Notes: generated by a model from the sequence alone, not told the origin. 64,000 nt of DNA from Candidatus Terraquivivens tengchongensis (GCA_023261845.1 JALNJZ010000003.1:32001-96000), one strand, 5' to 3'. Counted from the first letter of the stretch, positions 30,611 to 40,145 are shown. A program made the numbers and translations.

Positions 30611-31276
30611 CTACTTCTCCTCGATTTCAACCTTTACGGGCTTGCCCATGGTTTTTTTGATGTATATGGATGCCACGTTTTTGAACCTTTTTTCTAATTT
30701 TTCCACAATCCTGCTGATTACGGCCTCTGCATTTTCGGCCAACGCCTTAGAGTCCATGTCTTCCGTTCCAATTATGCAGCCGAGCGTTGGACCCTTTCGC
30801 AACCTGAGGGTTACGCTCTTCGAATACTTTTCTATGAACTTCTCGAGCTCCGTGCCTGGAGGTATTGGTACGGGCGCCTTCCCTTTCGCACCGAGTGCTG
30901 CACCGAGTGCCTTCGCCGCTATACTCATCATGGATGGGTCAACGAGAAAGTAATCGTAGCTTCTTGCGAGCTTCTTCGCCATCCTTTTGTTACCTACTAA
31001 AGCCTCCAGGTCTTCCTTTCCCAAAACCTTGTCCACGAGCGGTACCCTCTCCGCCCTAAGCGCCACGTCGCCGGATGCTATCACGCATATCTTCCTCCTC
31101 TTTTTTCCAAGGCCGTGCGGAAGCTCGATGGTTTCTGTAAATCTATTTTCGGGTTTTGTTAGGTCAACATCTTTTACGTTTATAGTAAGCTCAACCGATT
31201 GAATAAACTTTCTAGCGGATGAGTTCTTTGCCGTTTCTATGGCATCCAATAATTTTGATGATAACGTTCTTAACAA
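30611..31276 (-). CDS. rpl1: 50S ribosomal protein uL1
   Basis: RKFIQSVEL, LPHG, IGTEDM, KTMG. Confidence 0.95.
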   Translation of the reverse strand: MLRTLSSKLLDAIETAKNSSARKFIQSVELTINVKDVDLTKPENRFTETIELPHGLGKKRRKICVIASGDVALRAERVPLVDKVLGKEDLEALVGNKRMAKKLARSYDYFLVDPSMMSIAAKALGAALGAKGKAPVPIPPGTELEKFIEKYSKSVTLRLRKGPTLGCIIGTEDMDSKALAENAEAVISRIVEKLEKRFKNVASIYIKKTMGKPVKVEIEEK

Positions 31277-31277
31277 A

Positions 31278-31760
31278 CTAACCACCCAGCATGTTATCAT
31301 ACAGCCCTGAATCTATGTCCTTAAGTACTTGCTTAGGTTCCTTACCATCGACCTTTATTCCCATGCTCACACACGTACCAACAACCTGCTTCAGGGCGGC
31401 TTTTAAGGTCTTGGCACGCATGTCAGGCATCTTTATCTTTGCTATCTTGATAGCGGCGTTCATCGATATGCTGCCGACATATTCCTTACCAGGGTTGCCC
31501 GAGCCCTTCTCAACTGTCGCCTCTTTTACTATTAAGGCAGCAACAGTTGGTGTTCCTACCTTAACCGAGAACTCTTTCGTATCTGTGTTAACGGTTACTT
31601 CGACTGGAACACGCATACCCATGAACTCTGCCGTGACCTCGTTTATTTTTTCCACGACCATGGGTACGTTCAACCCAAGCGGTCCTAGAGCCGGACCTAT
31701 GGGCGGACCTGCCGTAGCTTTCCCTCCTTCTATTATGAACTTGAACTGCTTTTCAGGCAT
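31278..31760 (-). CDS. rpl11: 50S ribosomal protein uL11
   Basis: GGKATAGPPIGPALG, GTCVSMG. Confidence 0.97.
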   Translation of the reverse strand: MPEKQFKFIIEGGKATAGPPIGPALGPLGLNVPMVVEKINEVTAEFMGMRVPVEVTVNTDTKEFSVKVGTPTVAALIVKEATVEKGSGNPGKEYVGSISMNAAIKIAKIKMPDMRAKTLKAALKQVVGTCVSMGIKVDGKEPKQVLKDIDSGLYDNMLGG

Positions 31761-31767
31761 CCTTAAC

Positions 31768-32235
31768 TCACGCCCCTCCTTTCTGGGAAGAGAGAATTCT
31801 TACCTGGTCAGCCGATACTGATATCGGCAAAGGGAATGCCGCCTCGGACAACTCTACAGTAACCTCCTTCTTTGCCTTATCCACCCTTATGACTTTGCCA
31901 GTTATCCCCTTCAATGGGCCTGCAGTTATCTCGACAGTGTCACCTTCTGAGAGCATGTCTATTATGGGTTTCTCAACCAGATGGTTAGATATTTCTTTTA
32001 TATCTATCGGTATTATAGGTTTGCTCTTTATGTGCCTTATTCCTTGTATGAGCGCGTTTATGACTTCCTTATTCTTCGCCTCAACGAAGATGTAGCCCTT
32101 GACCTCTGGAAGCGTCAGGATAGAGGCCACCTCGGCGTTCTCACCCTTTATCCTGCCCTCCAGTATCCTTGCCACATTCCTCTCTTGCCCTACTGTCGTC
32201 TTTATCGCGAACAGCTTATACTTCTCCGCGCTCAA
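31768..32235 (-). CDS. spt5: Transcription elongation factor Spt5/NusG
   Basis: TTVGQE, KGYIFVEA, KOW motif. Confidence 0.95.
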   Translation of the reverse strand: MSAEKYKLFAIKTTVGQERNVARILEGRIKGENAEVASILTLPEVKGYIFVEAKNKEVINALIQGIRHIKSKPIIPIDIKEISNHLVEKPIIDMLSEGDTVEITAGPLKGITGKVIRVDKAKKEVTVELSEAAFPLPISVSADQVRILSSQKGGA

Positions 32236-32327
32236 ACCTTAGCATCCCCAAGCCTCATCGATCGTCGGACCTTTAGCTACCCTCTCTAACCAAACCGTCC
32301 TTAAATATCTATTTTTGCCCTCTAACG

Positions 32328-32498
32328 CTAAATCGTCTGGAGGGCGAGGGCCACGAACCTCACTATAAAAGCGATCGCACCTAACACAACTATGCCTAGA
32401 AGTGTGATTTTTAAAGCTACCGTGAACTCGGCCCTGCTGGGTTTCTTCGCTACTTTCATGAGCATCTTCACGGATTTAAAGAACTCAATAAGCTTCAT
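32328..32498 (-). CDS. secE: Preprotein translocase SecE/Sec61-gamma (not in the ORF track)
   Basis: MKLIEFFKSVKMLMKVAKKPSRAEFTVALKITLLGIVVLGAIAFIVR; upstream of spt5. Confidence 0.92.
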   Translation of the reverse strand: MKLIEFFKSVKMLMKVAKKPSRAEFTVALKITLLGIVVLGAIAFIVRFVALALQTI

Positions 32499-32519
32499 GT
32501 TTTTCACGGGCTCCTTCCT

Positions 32520-33050
32520 TCATGTAGGATATATCTTTTTTCTAAAAGATTTTCCCACCTCATAAAGGTAGACCCTATGCAGCCTTCCATCCTCAGCAGA
32601 GACTTTATCCACGACGACTAGGGGCCACCATCCCGGAACAGGAAAGTCATGGGCGACTACCCTCGCTCCAGGCTTAGCGTAAAGCTCAAGCCTTGGTTTT
32701 AGTATTTTCAAAGCGTCGTGGGTTAAATACAGGGTTATGACATCTGCCGGTCTAACATCAAACTCGAATAGATCTCCTCTTATTATCTTGAAGTTTTTGA
32801 TTCCTTTCTCCAGCAGTCTGTTATATGCATAGCTCGCCAGTATGGGTTTGGACTCAACACCTACGACGGAACACCCGTAATTACTGGCCGCCTCTACCAA
32901 TATTCTTCCATCACCACAGCCTAAGTCGACGAGTATCTGCCCTTCCTTCGGTTCTGCAAGGTCTACCATTAACTTAACTATGTCAATTGGTGATGGATAG
33001 AAGGGTATCTTCGAAGAAACGTTCTTTTTGGAGATGTGCGGATGGGACAT
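32520..33050 (-). CDS. Class I SAM-dependent methyltransferase, aKMT-like protein-lysine methyltransferase
   Basis: PFYPSP, DLGCGDGRI, VITLYL, GARVVAHDF. Confidence 0.8.
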   Translation of the reverse strand: MSHPHISKKNVSSKIPFYPSPIDIVKLMVDLAEPKEGQILVDLGCGDGRILVEAASNYGCSVVGVESKPILASYAYNRLLEKGIKNFKIIRGDLFEFDVRPADVITLYLTHDALKILKPRLELYAKPGARVVAHDFPVPGWWPLVVVDKVSAEDGRLHRVYLYEVGKSFRKKIYPT

Positions 33051-33082
33051 GATCCGCGTATGGTTTACCAGAAGAGCTTAGA

Positions 33083-34015
33083 TTAAAATCTTCCCCCGTC
33101 CTGAAGCAAATATAACAACAAAGCAGCCTCGGTATGTAGCCTGTTAGCAGCCTGTTGCCAAACAGCTGACCTTTCGCCGTTGATTACCGATGCCTCTACC
33201 TCCTCCTCTCTATGCGCTGGCAAACAATGCATGAATATCGCATCAGGTTTTGCTAAGGACATGAGCCTCTCGGTCACCTTGTATTTTGGATAAAAAATCT
33301 TCAACCTTTTTTCCCTCTCTTCCTCCTGACCCATCGAAACGAAAACGTCCGTGTAGACGACGTCAGCATCTCTCACGGCATCCTCTGGGTTTTCCGTCAG
33401 CTCTATCAAGCTCCCAGATTTCTTTACCCACTCCTTCGCCTGTGTTATCACAGTTTCCGGTGGCTGATACTCCTTAGGCGATGCTACCGCGATTCTGACA
33501 CCGAGTAACGAACATGCTTGGATAAGAGAATTACAAACGTTGTTTCCGTCACCCACATAAGCAACTTTAACGCTATGGATGTCGCCCTTTAGCTCCTTGA
33601 TCGTCATGATGTCAGCAAGTCCTTGGCAAGGATGGAATCTGTCGCTTAAGGCGTTAATTACCGGGACTGAACTATATTTTGCCATCTCGGAAAGCGTCTC
33701 ATGTTTATAGACTCTTGCAACGATAGCATCCACATAAGCTGATAGAACACGCATGGTGTCGCTTATTGGTTCTCCCCTGCTCAGCTGCATTTCGCTAACG
33801 CTGAGCGGTATGCTCTCGCCGCCGAGCTTTGTTATCGCTACCTGGAAGGATACTCTAGTCCTTGTAGAGGGTTTTTCAAAAATCAAAACCACGGACTTGC
33901 CGGATAGCGGTTTGTTATCAGGATATCCCTTTCTCTTAAAATTTATAGCCATGTCTATTATGTGAAGTATTTCTTCCGCAGTGTACCCTTCGAAGTCTAA
34001 GAAATGTCTGACCAT
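33083..34015 (-). CDS. argF: Ornithine carbamoyltransferase
   Basis: STRTR, HPCQ, SMG, HCLP. Confidence 0.97.
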   Translation of the reverse strand: MVRHFLDFEGYTAEEILHIIDMAINFKRKGYPDNKPLSGKSVVLIFEKPSTRTRVSFQVAITKLGGESIPLSVSEMQLSRGEPISDTMRVLSAYVDAIVARVYKHETLSEMAKYSSVPVINALSDRFHPCQGLADIMTIKELKGDIHSVKVAYVGDGNNVCNSLIQACSLLGVRIAVASPKEYQPPETVITQAKEWVKKSGSLIELTENPEDAVRDADVVYTDVFVSMGQEEEREKRLKIFYPKYKVTERLMSLAKPDAIFMHCLPAHREEEVEASVINGERSAVWQQAANRLHTEAALLLYLLQDGGRF

Positions 34016-34126
34016 GTCCAAATCGTATTACAAATGAATATTTAAGCGTACTAACTCATGGGGCACCGATAACCTTTATCTTAACTATCGCCTATAACGT
34101 AACGCAGCCTATAGGGGGCGGTTCAT

Positions 34127-35962
34127 ATATTTGTTGACGATGAAGGAAGAACGCTGGATAGGATACTGGAGGCATTAGCGTCACCTATAAGGATTGAGAT
34201 GCTGAAGCAGCTCTCGAAGCATGATATGAACTACACGGAGTTGATACGCTCGGTGGGCATGAACCCTCAGAAAGATGCAGGAAGGTTTTCTTACCACTTA
34301 AAAAAACTACTCAGCTCAAAACTCATAAGGATTAATGAAAAGACAAAGCTTTACGAGCTCTCGCATAGTGGTAGGGCAATGCTGGAAGTAATCGAACAAG
34401 CGAAGAGGAAGCTATCAGGCTCGGACTTGCTGATCGTCAGACGCAGTGAATGCTCGATAGAGTCCTTTGATAAGAATAAGATAGTGAACGCTTTAGTCAA
34501 GGAGGCAGGTATGCCAGCAAAACTCGCCCATAAAGTTGCATCCAGCGTGGAGGAAAAACTTCTCGACCTTAAGATAGAGTACCTCTCCGCACCTCTGATT
34601 AGGGAGCTTGTAAACTCTGTTCTGATAGACCAGGGTTTAGAAAAGTACAGACACAAGCTTACAAGGGTCGGGATGCCCATTTATGACGTCACTCAAACAA
34701 TCAAGAATGCCTCAAAGCAAGGTGGAGCCAATGCTGTCATGAGGACAGCAGCAAACTCAGTTTTGAAGGAGTACGTGCTGCTCAATGTGCTACCAAGAAA
34801 CGTAGCTGACGCTTATCTTTCCGGAATGATAGATATCTGCTTTCTAGAATCGTGGGTCATGTCGGTTTATGGTAAGGCGTACGATGCGAGTATGTTAAAC
34901 AAAGATGAGGGCGCAGATGTGTGCGAGGCTCTCATGATGAAATTCATGGAGGATATGTTCGCCGTCGAAAGAGAGTTCCTTCTGTACAATCTTAGCGACG
35001 TTATAGCAAATAAGAAGTTATCAAAACAGCTTGCATCAACACTCATAAAAACCTCATCACTAAGCCTGTTTGAAGGGCGTAAGTTTGTTCTCAATATTGC
35101 CGACGGTTTGGAAAACGTAGAGGACTTTGTGGAGACCTTTGATAAACATCAGAAGGATAACATCTCTATCGTAGTAAGTAAAGATTTGGTTGAGAATGCA
35201 CTCGCACGTTGTATTTCCAGAGAAGGACCCGAACTAGTATTCACAACAGGCTCCAAATCAGAGATTTTGGCGAGCGATGGATACAAAATCTCCGTTAATA
35301 ATCCAGAAAATACCGAAAGCTTTCTATGCGGCGTGGCTGCAGTAAACATGCCAAGATTGGCGCTACAGTGTGCAGGCAACGAAGAAGAATTTATGGAATC
35401 TATAAGAAGAACGATGCAGCTTATCATAACGGCATTCATGAAGAAGATGAACCTAACGAACATGCTTTATGGAAACGTGAACATCAAGCACCACTTTATA
35501 GTATCGCCGTGCGGAATATTCGAAGCGATAAAATGTTTAACGGGAGAGTATCCAACACACGAATCTTCAGATATTTTGTTGAATGTGTTGAGGGAAATGG
35601 TTAAACTAGCGTTGAAAGGCTCTAAGAAGGACTTCCAAATAGGAGTCGCCAATGCCTGTTCACTACAATCTTCTAAGAGGATGATTAAATCTGATATAGA
35701 GAAGTTCGGCTTTAAAACAGTATCAAACCTATCCCCCTATCACACGTCGTCTAACTTCACCTACTCGTCAACCGTCGTGCCCTATGATACAAAAATACCG
35801 CAGGAAGATAGGCTACAACTCGAAGCAAAAGTTGCCAAAGTTTTGAATGGTGGTTATATAGCGATGCTGCCTAAACCTACAAAGGATAAAGAAGCCCAAG
35901 AAGCTATTGAGCTTGCCGAGAGGTACCTAGAGGTCGGTTGCGATTCCTTAAAGTTCATTTAG
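34127..35962 (+). CDS. ArsR-HTH + ATP-cone + degenerate class III RNR (NrdD)-like fusion; start uncertain (first ATG at 34199)
   Basis: ALASPIRIEML HTH; VRRS...FDKNKI...APLIRELVN ATP cone; NMPRLA and GGYI NrdD-like segments; no glycyl-radical domain. Confidence 0.8.
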   Translation: MFVDDEGRTLDRILEALASPIRIEMLKQLSKHDMNYTELIRSVGMNPQKDAGRFSYHLKKLLSSKLIRINEKTKLYELSHSGRAMLEVIEQAKRKLSGSDLLIVRRSECSIESFDKNKIVNALVKEAGMPAKLAHKVASSVEEKLLDLKIEYLSAPLIRELVNSVLIDQGLEKYRHKLTRVGMPIYDVTQTIKNASKQGGANAVMRTAANSVLKEYVLLNVLPRNVADAYLSGMIDICFLESWVMSVYGKAYDASMLNKDEGADVCEALMMKFMEDMFAVEREFLLYNLSDVIANKKLSKQLASTLIKTSSLSLFEGRKFVLNIADGLENVEDFVETFDKHQKDNISIVVSKDLVENALARCISREGPELVFTTGSKSEILASDGYKISVNNPENTESFLCGVAAVNMPRLALQCAGNEEEFMESIRRTMQLIITAFMKKMNLTNMLYGNVNIKHHFIVSPCGIFEAIKCLTGEYPTHESSDILLNVLREMVKLALKGSKKDFQIGVANACSLQSSKRMIKSDIEKFGFKTVSNLSPYHTSSNFTYSSTVVPYDTKIPQEDRLQLEAKVAKVLNGGYIAMLPKPTKDKEAQEAIELAERYLEVGCDSLKFI

Positions 35963-36329
35963 ACTTTAGTAAGAGGATGGCCTTTGCTAAGTCTCCGCCT
36001 ACTTCTATGAGTGCCCTCTTCGCCTCATCCTCGGATACGCCTGCCTGTAGCGCTACGATGGTTATGTCCTCTGGCGTTGGCTCATAGGTTGGGGCCTTCT
36101 CTTCACTTACTCTGGGTTTTTGTTCAGAAACTTCGCCCCCTATGATCTGGTAGACTTTCTCGTCACCAACCTGCAAAACAACGACGGTTGGCTCTTTTAT
36201 TATTACGTCCTTGTCTGGCAAACGGATCAACACTTCTTTAGCAACGTTTTGTTCCCTCACGTCAAGACCCAAGCTGCCAAGTAGCTTTGATTGCATCCTT
36301 CTAAGTTCGCGCGAACTCAGCTTTCTCAT
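35955..36329 (-). CDS. nac: Nascent polypeptide-associated complex protein
   Basis: RELRRM, YQIIG, UBA 'QAGVSEDEAKRAL...GDLAKAI'. Confidence 0.93.
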   Translation of the reverse strand: MRKLSSRELRRMQSKLLGSLGLDVREQNVAKEVLIRLPDKDVIIKEPTVVVLQVGDEKVYQIIGGEVSEQKPRVSEEKAPTYEPTPEDITIVALQAGVSEDEAKRALIEVGGDLAKAILLLKSK

Positions 36330-36787
36330 AAAGTCCCGCCCCTGACCTTTCTAACCTTCACAGCCAGACCCCGCCTAAACTTACCCATCTCGCAACCGCT
36401 AATCACAGCTTTACCTACGGCCAATAGTTCACCCTTATCGTTTTCTATGATAACCTCTTCCCCAGGTAGAATTTTTGGGTCAGCCTCAAGAACGTGTTTA
36501 GAGAATAGAGATTTCCCCTCAACGATGAATCTAACAGCATCATCGGATGCAATGACTCTAAACCTACCAGGTGGTAACAAAGCCCTCAACCTCATCGCAC
36601 CCTCGACCGTCAACACTATAAAACCATCGTTGCTCCTTACGGTCGCCAAAAGTTTACCGTCTAGGTAGATCCTCTTGGGTTTACCTGTACGTTTTGACAC
36701 TTCAATAACGGTCCCGTCCGGGAAAAGCTGTTCACCCACATCCGTGCCGAATTGATAATTCAAAATTGCCCTGACAACGTCTAACAA
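36326..36787 (-). CDS. PUA-domain protein (archaeosine TGT C-terminal-like)
   Basis: YQFG, GKSLFSKHV, GEEV, AVKVR. Confidence 0.85.
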   Translation of the reverse strand: MLDVVRAILNYQFGTDVGEQLFPDGTVIEVSKRTGKPKRIYLDGKLLATVRSNDGFIVLTVEGAMRLRALLPPGRFRVIASDDAVRFIVEGKSLFSKHVLEADPKILPGEEVIIENDKGELLAVGKAVISGCEMGKFRRGLAVKVRKVRGGTL

Positions 36788-36788
36788 C

Positions 36789-38042
36789 TCAACTACCCTC
36801 TATCCTGAACGATTTAACTAGGCGGAGCCTCTTCAACTTTTCGGCTAGATGATTAGGTGCCTCTACCCTCAGCTCTATGAATCCATCTTCATATTTTAAC
36901 TCTAAAACGTTTGACTTCTCACATATCTCAGACAAAACCTTCACAGAACTTTCATCACTTCCGTCTATCTTGGCTGTAGCTATCACATAATTTCCCATCA
37001 TTGAAGCTATGGTTTGCTCCAATACGTCTATATTGGTACGGTACAGGGCAGATATCATTACGTAGGGTAGTGTTAGGCCAAGACTTTCAACCTTTTTTTT
37101 GACATCGCTTACAAGGTCCATCTTGTTCAATATGATAAGCGTCGGTATTGAGTGAGCTCCTATCGAGCCTAAGGTTTCTAGTGAGTAGGCTAGCTTTTCC
37201 CTGATGATTTCTACAGGTTCTGAAAAATCTGCGACCAAAAGTATTAAGTCTGAGAACAGTATCTCGCTCAACGTAGAATGGAATGCATCGATGAGTGTTG
37301 AAGGCAGGTTTTTGATGAACCCCACAGTATCGGATAGGAATGCACTCCTGCCCTTTATCTTAACGAGCCTGACCGTCGTAGAAAGTGTTGTGAAAAGCCT
37401 GTTATCAACAGGTACGCTCTCTGATGCTAATACGTTGAAGAGTGTTGATTTACCCGCGTTAGTATAGCCGACGAGCGATATCGTTGGGATTCCGTACTTT
37501 TCCCTTCGAAGCCTGAACAACTCGCGTCTTTTCTTTATGCTGGCCAGCTTCTTGATCACCGTATGTATTCTTCTGTTAATCTCGTTATAGTAAACGTCAG
37601 CTTCATAAGCACCTAGTCCGTGGAAACCTGGCTGCTCACCCATCTTCGCAAGCCGAACTTTTTCCTTAGCCCTTGAGAGCTCGTACTTTAGCTCCGCTAG
37701 CTTTATTTGCAGCTTGGCCTCTTTCGAGGATGCATGAAGGGAAAATATCTCCAATATTAGTTGAGTTCTTGACATAACAGGGATGCCTAAGGCTTTAGCC
37801 AGGTTATATTCTTGGACGGTCTTTATGTCGTTTTCGAAAATTACCTTTTCTACGTTAAACTTCTTGATTGCGTCCTTTAACTCCGCCAGCTTTCCAGGTC
37901 CGATGTTATACTTTGGATGCGGATAGCGGTATTGCACTAACTCGTACACCACTTCATAGCCAGCAGTCAGACATAACTCCCTAAGCTCGTCTAAGTTCGG
38001 CCTCTCGCCAGGCTGCACACGATGAACTATCGCTACCCTCAA
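36789..38042 (-). CDS. hflX: GTPase HflX
   Basis: LILEIF, GYTNAGKS, LFTTL, DTVGF, NKMD. Confidence 0.95.
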   Translation of the reverse strand: MRVAIVHRVQPGERPNLDELRELCLTAGYEVVYELVQYRYPHPKYNIGPGKLAELKDAIKKFNVEKVIFENDIKTVQEYNLAKALGIPVMSRTQLILEIFSLHASSKEAKLQIKLAELKYELSRAKEKVRLAKMGEQPGFHGLGAYEADVYYNEINRRIHTVIKKLASIKKRRELFRLRREKYGIPTISLVGYTNAGKSTLFNVLASESVPVDNRLFTTLSTTVRLVKIKGRSAFLSDTVGFIKNLPSTLIDAFHSTLSEILFSDLILLVADFSEPVEIIREKLAYSLETLGSIGAHSIPTLIILNKMDLVSDVKKKVESLGLTLPYVMISALYRTNIDVLEQTIASMMGNYVIATAKIDGSDESSVKVLSEICEKSNVLELKYEDGFIELRVEAPNHLAEKLKRLRLVKSFRIEGS

Positions 38043-38073
38043 AGGCTTATATGTAGTACTTTTACGAGTTATA

Positions 38074-38451
38074 TCAACCTTCCTTCTTTTCTTCTCCGAG
38101 CTTCTTCATAACGTCGCCTAACGTATACCCGCCGGGTTGTGGTTTGCTGAGGAATGGTCCATATCGGTAGTCTTCCGTCACCTCTTCTATTATCTGTATC
38201 TTCAAAAATTTCTCGAGCTTCCTAGCAAGCTCGATGGAAGGTTTGACCTCTCCTTGCTCGATTTTCTTAATGAGCGTTGCTTTCTCGTTTAGTTGCGCAG
38301 CGAGTTCCTCTTGCGATAAACCCATGCGCTCCCTCGCATTCTTTATTCTTACGTGAAATCCCTCCACATAATCGATTTTTTCCATGGGCATAAGGCTTTT
38401 CGGGGTTGCGCCCTTCTTAGCCTCAGCTCTTTTCTGGGGCTTAGAAGTCAT
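38074..38451 (-). CDS. mbf1: Multiprotein-bridging factor 1 (no N-terminal Zn ribbon)
   Basis: IKNARERMGLSQEELA...LEKFLKI and TLGD; next to hflX. Confidence 0.88.
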   Translation of the reverse strand: MTSKPQKRAEAKKGATPKSLMPMEKIDYVEGFHVRIKNARERMGLSQEELAAQLNEKATLIKKIEQGEVKPSIELARKLEKFLKIQIIEEVTEDYRYGPFLSKPQPGGYTLGDVMKKLGEEKKEG

Positions 38452-38558
38452 GTTAATTCATTAAAAGCACTCGAAACGCCCTAATATATTTAATCGCGAA
38501 CATCATTGACCTGTTGCGATTAAACGCTTAATTTTAACGATATGATCGTAAAGCTTGT

Positions 38559-39293
38559 ATGATATTCGTGGACAGTAAAGAGGCGTCGAAGAGTAAGAGG
38601 ATACTTGAAATGTTAACTAACGTGCTTGGCCAACAGGTTGGCATAAAGAACTTAGAGGTCGGAGACTATCTTCTTGATGGTAGTGAGGGTATGGCCGTTA
38701 TCGAGAGGAAGACTGTAACCGACCTGCTGAGTTCTCTGAAACCCGACGAATCGGGCCGCGGGAGGATATGGTCCCAGTTAGATAGATTCGCTGAAATGAA
38801 TTCCTTCGAGAAGATTCTGATAATTGAGGGGTGGCTGGGTGCGATAAGAAAGATGACAGAGTGGAACGAGGCCAGCGTATACAGAGCGCTAGAAAGCATC
38901 CAGAAAGGTTACGAAGTCGTCGTTATCCACACACCAGATTGGAAAGGTACTGGAGCTTACGTGATAGCAAAATACAAGAGCCTCTCGGAGAAACCGGAGC
39001 CGAGGGACATAAGACTTCGGGTGAGTTCTGTTTCTATGACGCCGGAACAACAGGCGCTCTACATCGTGGAAGGGCTTCCAAGGGTTGGACCTAGTTTAGC
39101 CAAAGCCCTCCTCAAGGCCTATGGTTCCGTGAAGAACGTGTTCGATTCATTGGCCTCGAAACCCGTTGAACTCCTAAGGGATGAGGTGGCTAAGTTTTTG
39201 GGCAGAAAACCTCCCGAGGTTGTTATAAAGAATGCTAAGGATGTTATCACGAAGGAAATAAAATTAGAAGAACTTGAAGAAAGAAAATCTTAG
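38559..39293 (+). CDS. xpf: Short XPF/ERCC4 structure-specific endonuclease
   Basis: VDSKE, GDY, IERKT..DL..S, HhH (LPRVGPSLA). Confidence 0.9.
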   Translation: MIFVDSKEASKSKRILEMLTNVLGQQVGIKNLEVGDYLLDGSEGMAVIERKTVTDLLSSLKPDESGRGRIWSQLDRFAEMNSFEKILIIEGWLGAIRKMTEWNEASVYRALESIQKGYEVVVIHTPDWKGTGAYVIAKYKSLSEKPEPRDIRLRVSSVSMTPEQQALYIVEGLPRVGPSLAKALLKAYGSVKNVFDSLASKPVELLRDEVAKFLGRKPPEVVIKNAKDVITKEIKLEELEERKS

Positions 39294-39305
39294 AGCGTGT
39301 ATGAT

Positions 39306-40145
39306 TTAACCTAGGTTGCCGAGTAGTAGTGATGCAACGGTAGCGGCCATAATTATGAGTAATGTCTCCAGTAATATCTTCTTCCAATTAATCCGGGATT
39401 TCTTGGAGCGGTATCTAATGAGGTACGCATTCATCGCACCTACGATTGTTAGTGCCGTTATGAGATTCGCTGGCTCCGGCAAAACGATGTATGCAACAAC
39501 AGGAATACCTCCCGCTAGAAAAGTAGTTATGCCACATATAAGCGCGGCATACAAATTAGATAACCTCACTTCTTTATGAAGCAACATGAATAACCTCTTA
39601 ACTAGCATGAGAGATTTATTCCGCTCATTCTTGTCAGGGATGTCACTCAAGCTAAACCTCATCAAAATTTGAAGAGACCTTATGTCTGCTAGGTCTTCAG
39701 TTATTCCGCCCAAAAGAAAGCTTGAAAAGTTCGTTATGGCTACAGCTACTAACGTCAAAAGAGCGGCGAATGTTACAACCTTAGCAAACAGGCCGGACAT
39801 GAAAACAGAAAGGACAACAACGAGTCCTGCTATGGAGCCATCTACGAGGCCGGCTACAACCTCGAGTATAGGCTCCCTCTTCAACAAAAGGTTTCTCCAT
39901 TCCTTACCTAACTTCAAACCCTGAGGCGTTGGCCGGATGTAATCACCATCCTCAATTATTAGCCCTTCAGAAACCATCTCTTTTAAGGCCTTATCTAAAT
40001 CACTCGCTTCGACACAGACATCGTTGGCACAAATTTCGTCGATGCGTTTTTTGAGAAGAGACTTATGCGTACTCGTCTTTCTTTTCAGATTCAACAGAAT
40101 GAACACTTTTATAACGTCGGGCAGCTCTTGGATCTCAAAGGACAC
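39306..40145 (-). CDS. Winged-helix + VIT1/CCC1-like membrane protein
   Basis: N-terminal wHTH (LKEMVSEGLI...PTPQG); 'EVVAGLVDG' first TM and about five TMs. Confidence 0.6.
   Translation of the reverse strand: MSFEIQELPDVIKVFILLNLKRKTSTHKSLLKKRIDEICANDVCVEASDLDKALKEMVSEGLIIEDGDYIRPTPQGLKLGKEWRNLLLKREPILEVVAGLVDGSIAGLVVVLSVFMSGLFAKVVTFAALLTLVAVAITNFSSFLLGGITEDLADIRSLQILMRFSLSDIPDKNERNKSLMLVKRLFMLLHKEVRLSNLYAALICGITTFLAGGIPVVAYIVLPEPANLITALTIVGAMNAYLIRYRSKKSRINWKKILLETLLIIMAATVASLLLGNLG

Noticed and set aside
30017-30697. Long antisense ORFs (also 51624-52424, 62343-62921, 31291-31821 and others)
   Set aside because: They lie opposite well-conserved genes and have typical antisense-frame composition
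32236-32300. Possible C/D box sRNA or structured leader before spt5 (CCGA...CGATGA on - strand)
   Set aside because: No convincing box C or terminal box D and no target identified; more simply a 5' UTR after the TATTTAA box
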